Positions 23,840-26,830 of a DNA stretch of 26,830 bases are shown one piece after another; position 1 is the first letter of the stretch; each line of letters begins with the position of its first letter. Below the pieces are notes generated by a model. It made no database searches, was not told the origin of the DNA, and saw only the letters and a list, made by a program, of their open reading frames with translations. The position numbers were made by a program, and so were the translations under genes. Source of the stretch: a virus (taxonomy: Duplodnaviria > Caudoviricetes); IMG/VR virus record IMGVR_UViG_3300017776_000147, positions 1 to 26,830 of that record; one strand, 5' to 3'.

Positions 23840-25156
23840 ATGGCTTTTACTTCTCCGAGCGACTTTAACCCCGCTCTTATTCGTAACTTGGATATGACCA
23901 AGTATGTTTCACTCGGTGACTACATCGACGAGGTTAACAAACCTGATAACCGTGAGGCTCTTGTTAAGACTTACGGAAACCAAGGTATCACAGGATTCTT
24001 GCAAATGGTTGGTGCTGTTAAAGCACAAGCTGTTGCAGATGAGGTACAGTATTGGGAAGAAGCACGTTTGCACCAAAAGCAAACTGCATTGACTGATGGG
24101 ACTACAGGTCTTATCATCGAAGTTGGTACTAACAGCGACGCTATTGTATGTCGTGAAAACGACGTATTGTTGAGCGGTTCTGACCGTTTCTACGTTTCTG
24201 ATATCACAGGTAACCAAATCACTTTGGTTGCTCTTGATGGTTCTGCTACATTGTCTACTTCTGACAATGCTTCAGTTTCATTGGCTGTTATCGGTAACTT
24301 GTACGCTCAGGGTTCTGACCAACCAAGCGGTTCTTTCGAGGCTAACGTTGTTAAGCGTACGAACCCATTCATGATTATGAAAGAGGTTTACAAGGTAAGC
24401 GGTTCACAAGCAACTAACATCGGTTGGATTGACTTGGGTAACGGCGACTACCGTTGGTACGTTAAGTCTGAGGCTGACACACGTCAACGTTTCTTAGACA
24501 AGCGTGAAATGATGCTTCTTTTGGGCGAAAAAACTTCTGCTGTTAGCGGAATCTCAGGTTCTGAAGGTTACTTCGCTGCTATCGAAGACCGTGGTATTGT
24601 TGCTTCAGGTACTGATGCTGACTTCGCTTCTTTGGCTGACGTTGATGCTATCGTAGTTGAATTGGACAAGCAAGGTGGTGCTGCTGAGTACGCTATGTAC
24701 GTAGACCGCGCAACTGACTTGGCTATCGACGATATGGTTGCTCAAGGTGTTTCTGCAGGTACTACTGCAGGTATCGCAGGTCAATTTGGTGCTTTCAACA
24801 ATGACAAGGATATGGCTGTTGCTCTTGGCTTCCGCACATTCTCTCGTGGTGGTTACACTTTCCACAAGCACGACTTCAAATTGTTGAACGACCCAACGTT
24901 GTTGGCTGACGCTGACTTCGCAGGTGTAATGATTCCTATGGCTAAAGTTGCTGATGCTAAGACAGGTGAAAAAGCACCTGCTTTGGAAATCAACTACAAG
25001 GCTTCTAACGGATACTCTCGTGAAATGGAGCATTGGATGACAGGTTCTATCTTGGGTGCTAAAAATGCAACTGAAGATAGCGTACAGTTCAACTACCGTT
25101 CTGAGTGTAACTTGATTACTCGTGCGGCTAACCGTCACGTATTGTTAAAGAAGTAA
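23840..25156 (+). CDS. Major capsid protein (crAss-like)
   Basis: 438 aa. YGNQGITGFLQMVGA, WEEARLH, VSGSQATNIGWI, GSEGYFAAIEDRG and LGFRTFSRGGYTFHK motifs; strong high-expression codon bias; followed by a strong terminator. Confidence 0.88.
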   Translation: MAFTSPSDFNPALIRNLDMTKYVSLGDYIDEVNKPDNREALVKTYGNQGITGFLQMVGAVKAQAVADEVQYWEEARLHQKQTALTDGTTGLIIEVGTNSDAIVCRENDVLLSGSDRFYVSDITGNQITLVALDGSATLSTSDNASVSLAVIGNLYAQGSDQPSGSFEANVVKRTNPFMIMKEVYKVSGSQATNIGWIDLGNGDYRWYVKSEADTRQRFLDKREMMLLLGEKTSAVSGISGSEGYFAAIEDRGIVASGTDADFASLADVDAIVVELDKQGGAAEYAMYVDRATDLAIDDMVAQGVSAGTTAGIAGQFGAFNNDKDMAVALGFRTFSRGGYTFHKHDFKLLNDPTLLADADFAGVMIPMAKVADAKTGEKAPALEINYKASNGYSREMEHWMTGSILGAKNATEDSVQFNYRSECNLITRAANRHVLLKK

Positions 25157-25177
25157 TTCTTAACAACATAGATTAAT

Positions 25178-25209
25178 GAGAGCCTCCCATTCGGGAGGCT
25201 TTCTTTTTT
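25178..25209 (+). terminator. Intrinsic terminator after MCP
   Basis: GAGAGCCTCCC-ATTC-GGGAGGCTTTC plus T run. Confidence 0.9.
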
Positions 25210-25222
25210 ATAAAACATTTTG

Positions 25223-25230
25223 TATATTTG
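25223..25230 (+). promoter_or_regulatory. Bacteroidota -7 promoter element
   Basis: TATATTTG(C) upstream of ATG 25258. Confidence 0.7.
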
Positions 25231-25257
25231 CATTGTAATTTTTAATTTTATTTTATT

Positions 25258-26073
25258 ATGGCTGATACAGTTAAACGCACAAGCGCAAAAAAATCTGCGA
25301 CTAAACCCGCACAAAAGGCTAAAGCAGCGGCAAAACGCCCCGTAGCCAAAAAGAAATCTGCACCAAAACCAACGGTATTTTCTGTTGTAAAGGGCGGTGG
25401 TATTTATTACAAAATTCCTCAAAAAAACATTATTGTATTTGACGAAGAACAAGGGTATAACCGTGAAATCCGTTATGCACGTGGTGAGCGCTCTATATTT
25501 GTAGATGAGCAATCTCCTTCTGCACGTCGTGAAACTATTGTGTTTCGAGACAAAGCATTAATGGTTCTCCCAAGTCAACCTGAACTCTTGTCTTATTTAC
25601 GTATGCACCCTGCTAACGTAGCAAATGGTGGTAAAATTTTTCAAGAGGTAAACAATGAGTCTACTGCAGAGCAAGATGTAGAAAACGAGTTTTTGGTACA
25701 CGACGCTATTAGTCTTATCCGTTCTACATCACTCGAAGAGTTGATGCCTATGGTACTATCATATGGTATTGATAGCGAAATGTCGTCTGTTGAGATTAAA
25801 AAGGAGTTGCTAAAGTTTGCTAAGTCTAATCCTAAAAACTTTATGGACTTGTTTTCAAGCCCTGTAGTACAGATTAAGGCTGACGTACTTACTGCGATTG
25901 ACTTCCAAATCTTAGTTGCAAAACCTGATGGTATGTATTGGGGTGACAATAACGCACTTATCTCTCCTACTCCGATGGGTCAAAATACTGTTGAAACTTT
26001 TACTCGCTTCCTTATGACTGAGCGAGGTAATACTGTTCGTGATGAACTGCAACGACAAATAGATAGTCTATAA
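25258..26073 (+). CDS. Conserved crAss-like post-capsid protein with K/A-rich N-terminal tail
   Basis: FDEEQGYNREIRYARGERSIFVDEQ and LLSYLRMHPAN motifs; position after the MCP. Confidence 0.8.
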   Translation: MADTVKRTSAKKSATKPAQKAKAAAKRPVAKKKSAPKPTVFSVVKGGGIYYKIPQKNIIVFDEEQGYNREIRYARGERSIFVDEQSPSARRETIVFRDKALMVLPSQPELLSYLRMHPANVANGGKIFQEVNNESTAEQDVENEFLVHDAISLIRSTSLEELMPMVLSYGIDSEMSSVEIKKELLKFAKSNPKNFMDLFSSPVVQIKADVLTAIDFQILVAKPDGMYWGDNNALISPTPMGQNTVETFTRFLMTERGNTVRDELQRQIDSL

Positions 26074-26126
26074 CACGCTTATCCCCCTTATCATTGGAAC
26101 AGGGCGCTTAGGATAAGTATTTTTTT

Positions 26127-26160
26127 GAAGGGTCACCAAAGGGTGGCTCTTCTTTTTTTT
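26127..26160 (+). terminator. Intrinsic terminator
   Basis: GAAGGGTCACC-AAAG-GGTGGCTCTTC plus T8. Confidence 0.85.
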
Positions 26161-26162
26161 CG

Positions 26163-26170
26163 TATATTTG
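26163..26170 (+). promoter_or_regulatory. Bacteroidota -7 promoter element
   Basis: TATATTTG(C) abutting the terminator. Confidence 0.7.
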
Positions 26171-26192
26171 CATATAATAAAGTAAATAACAA

Positions 26193-26830
26193 ATGGCTTC
26201 TGTTTACGAGGTATATAATATTATTAAAGACTTAGCGAACAAAGACGAGAGAGGGATGATTAGCCCCGCTCAGTTTAACGCATTCGCAGGTATCGCACAG
26301 CAAAAGGTTTACAACGGATTATTTGAAGAAATTCAAGACAATAAACGTAAATCTATTCGTCAGGTTGATGCAGGTCGTGATAAGAACCGTGTAAAGCAAA
26401 TACAAGAGGATTTAGCGCACTTCTCTAAGTCTGCGACCCTAACCTCCCCAAGCAACGATTTAGGCTCTTTTACGAAGCCTGAAGACCTTGCACGTATTAT
26501 TTCTATGACTACAAGTGGAGATTGGTTCCTAGACCAAACCACATCTAACAGAATCCAAGCGGTGTATGACGAGGAAAAGATTGATATGATTCTTCAGTCT
26601 ACACTATCTGTGCCTACAGAAGATAACCCTGTAGCACTCGTGTCGCAAAACATTCAAGTGTTCCCGACATCAATTAGAAAGATTAAAGTTCGCTACTATA
26701 AGCAACCCGAGGGTATCAACCCTGTTACAGACGCTCAAACTGCGCTGTTGCCTAAGTTTGGGTACACTATAGACGCTAACGGAGTAGAGGTGTATGATGT
26801 AGACACATCTGTAGACTTTGAGTTACCGTC
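26193..26830 (+). CDS. Putative head-tail adaptor/tail ring protein, 3'-truncated by the window; not in the ORF track
   Basis: Hand-translated MASVYEVYNIIKDLANKDERGMISPAQFNAFAGIAQ...VRYYKQP...PKFGY...SVDFELP, open to the window end. Confidence 0.75.
   Translation, partial: MASVYEVYNIIKDLANKDERGMISPAQFNAFAGIAQQKVYNGLFEEIQDNKRKSIRQVDAGRDKNRVKQIQEDLAHFSKSATLTSPSNDLGSFTKPEDLARIISMTTSGDWFLDQTTSNRIQAVYDEEKIDMILQSTLSVPTEDNPVALVSQNIQVFPTSIRKIKVRYYKQPEGINPVTDAQTALLPKFGYTIDANGVEVYDVDTSVDFELP

Noticed and set aside
8108-25156. Stop-codon recoding, introns or inteins as found in some crAss-like phages
   Set aside because: Core genes are full-length and uninterrupted in the standard code; TAG and TGA serve as real stops (10231, 13096).
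24605-25512. Long antisense ORFs opposite the MCP and other structural genes
   Set aside because: Shadow frames expected from strong codon bias; no promoter or leader support.

Overview
Segment of a lytic Bacteroidota (probably flavobacterial/aquatic) tailed phage of the crAss-like type. The left ~4 kb is a minus-strand, higher-GC, probably early block. It holds a MoxR/CbbQ-type AAA+ ATPase, a putative VWA-like partner and small ORFs. These are separated by tRNA-like multibranch RNA elements and preceded by ~670 nt of ORF-poor, highly structured sequence. A repeat-rich non-coding switch region (~4.0-5.2 kb) follows. The rest is a mostly plus-strand morphogenesis block: GroES-like co-chaperonin, putative TerS, TerL, portal, tail fibres (one with a peptidase S74 chaperone), a LamG-like adhesin, Lys-rich proteins punctuated by [YF]xxGG motifs, HNH, an inverted amidase cassette, scaffold-like protein, major capsid protein and downstream virion genes. 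Bacteroidota TAnnTTTG promoter elements precede most units, often fused to the preceding terminator. The most unusual signals are the candidate long ncRNA with its tRNA-like leaders, an ORF-less small RNA carrying a 12-nt complement to the 16S rRNA tail, the [YF]xxGG-punctuated basic proteins, and apparent avoidance of CTGG/CCAG, CCGG and GATC. All calls are from reading motifs and gene order by eye; no searches were run.
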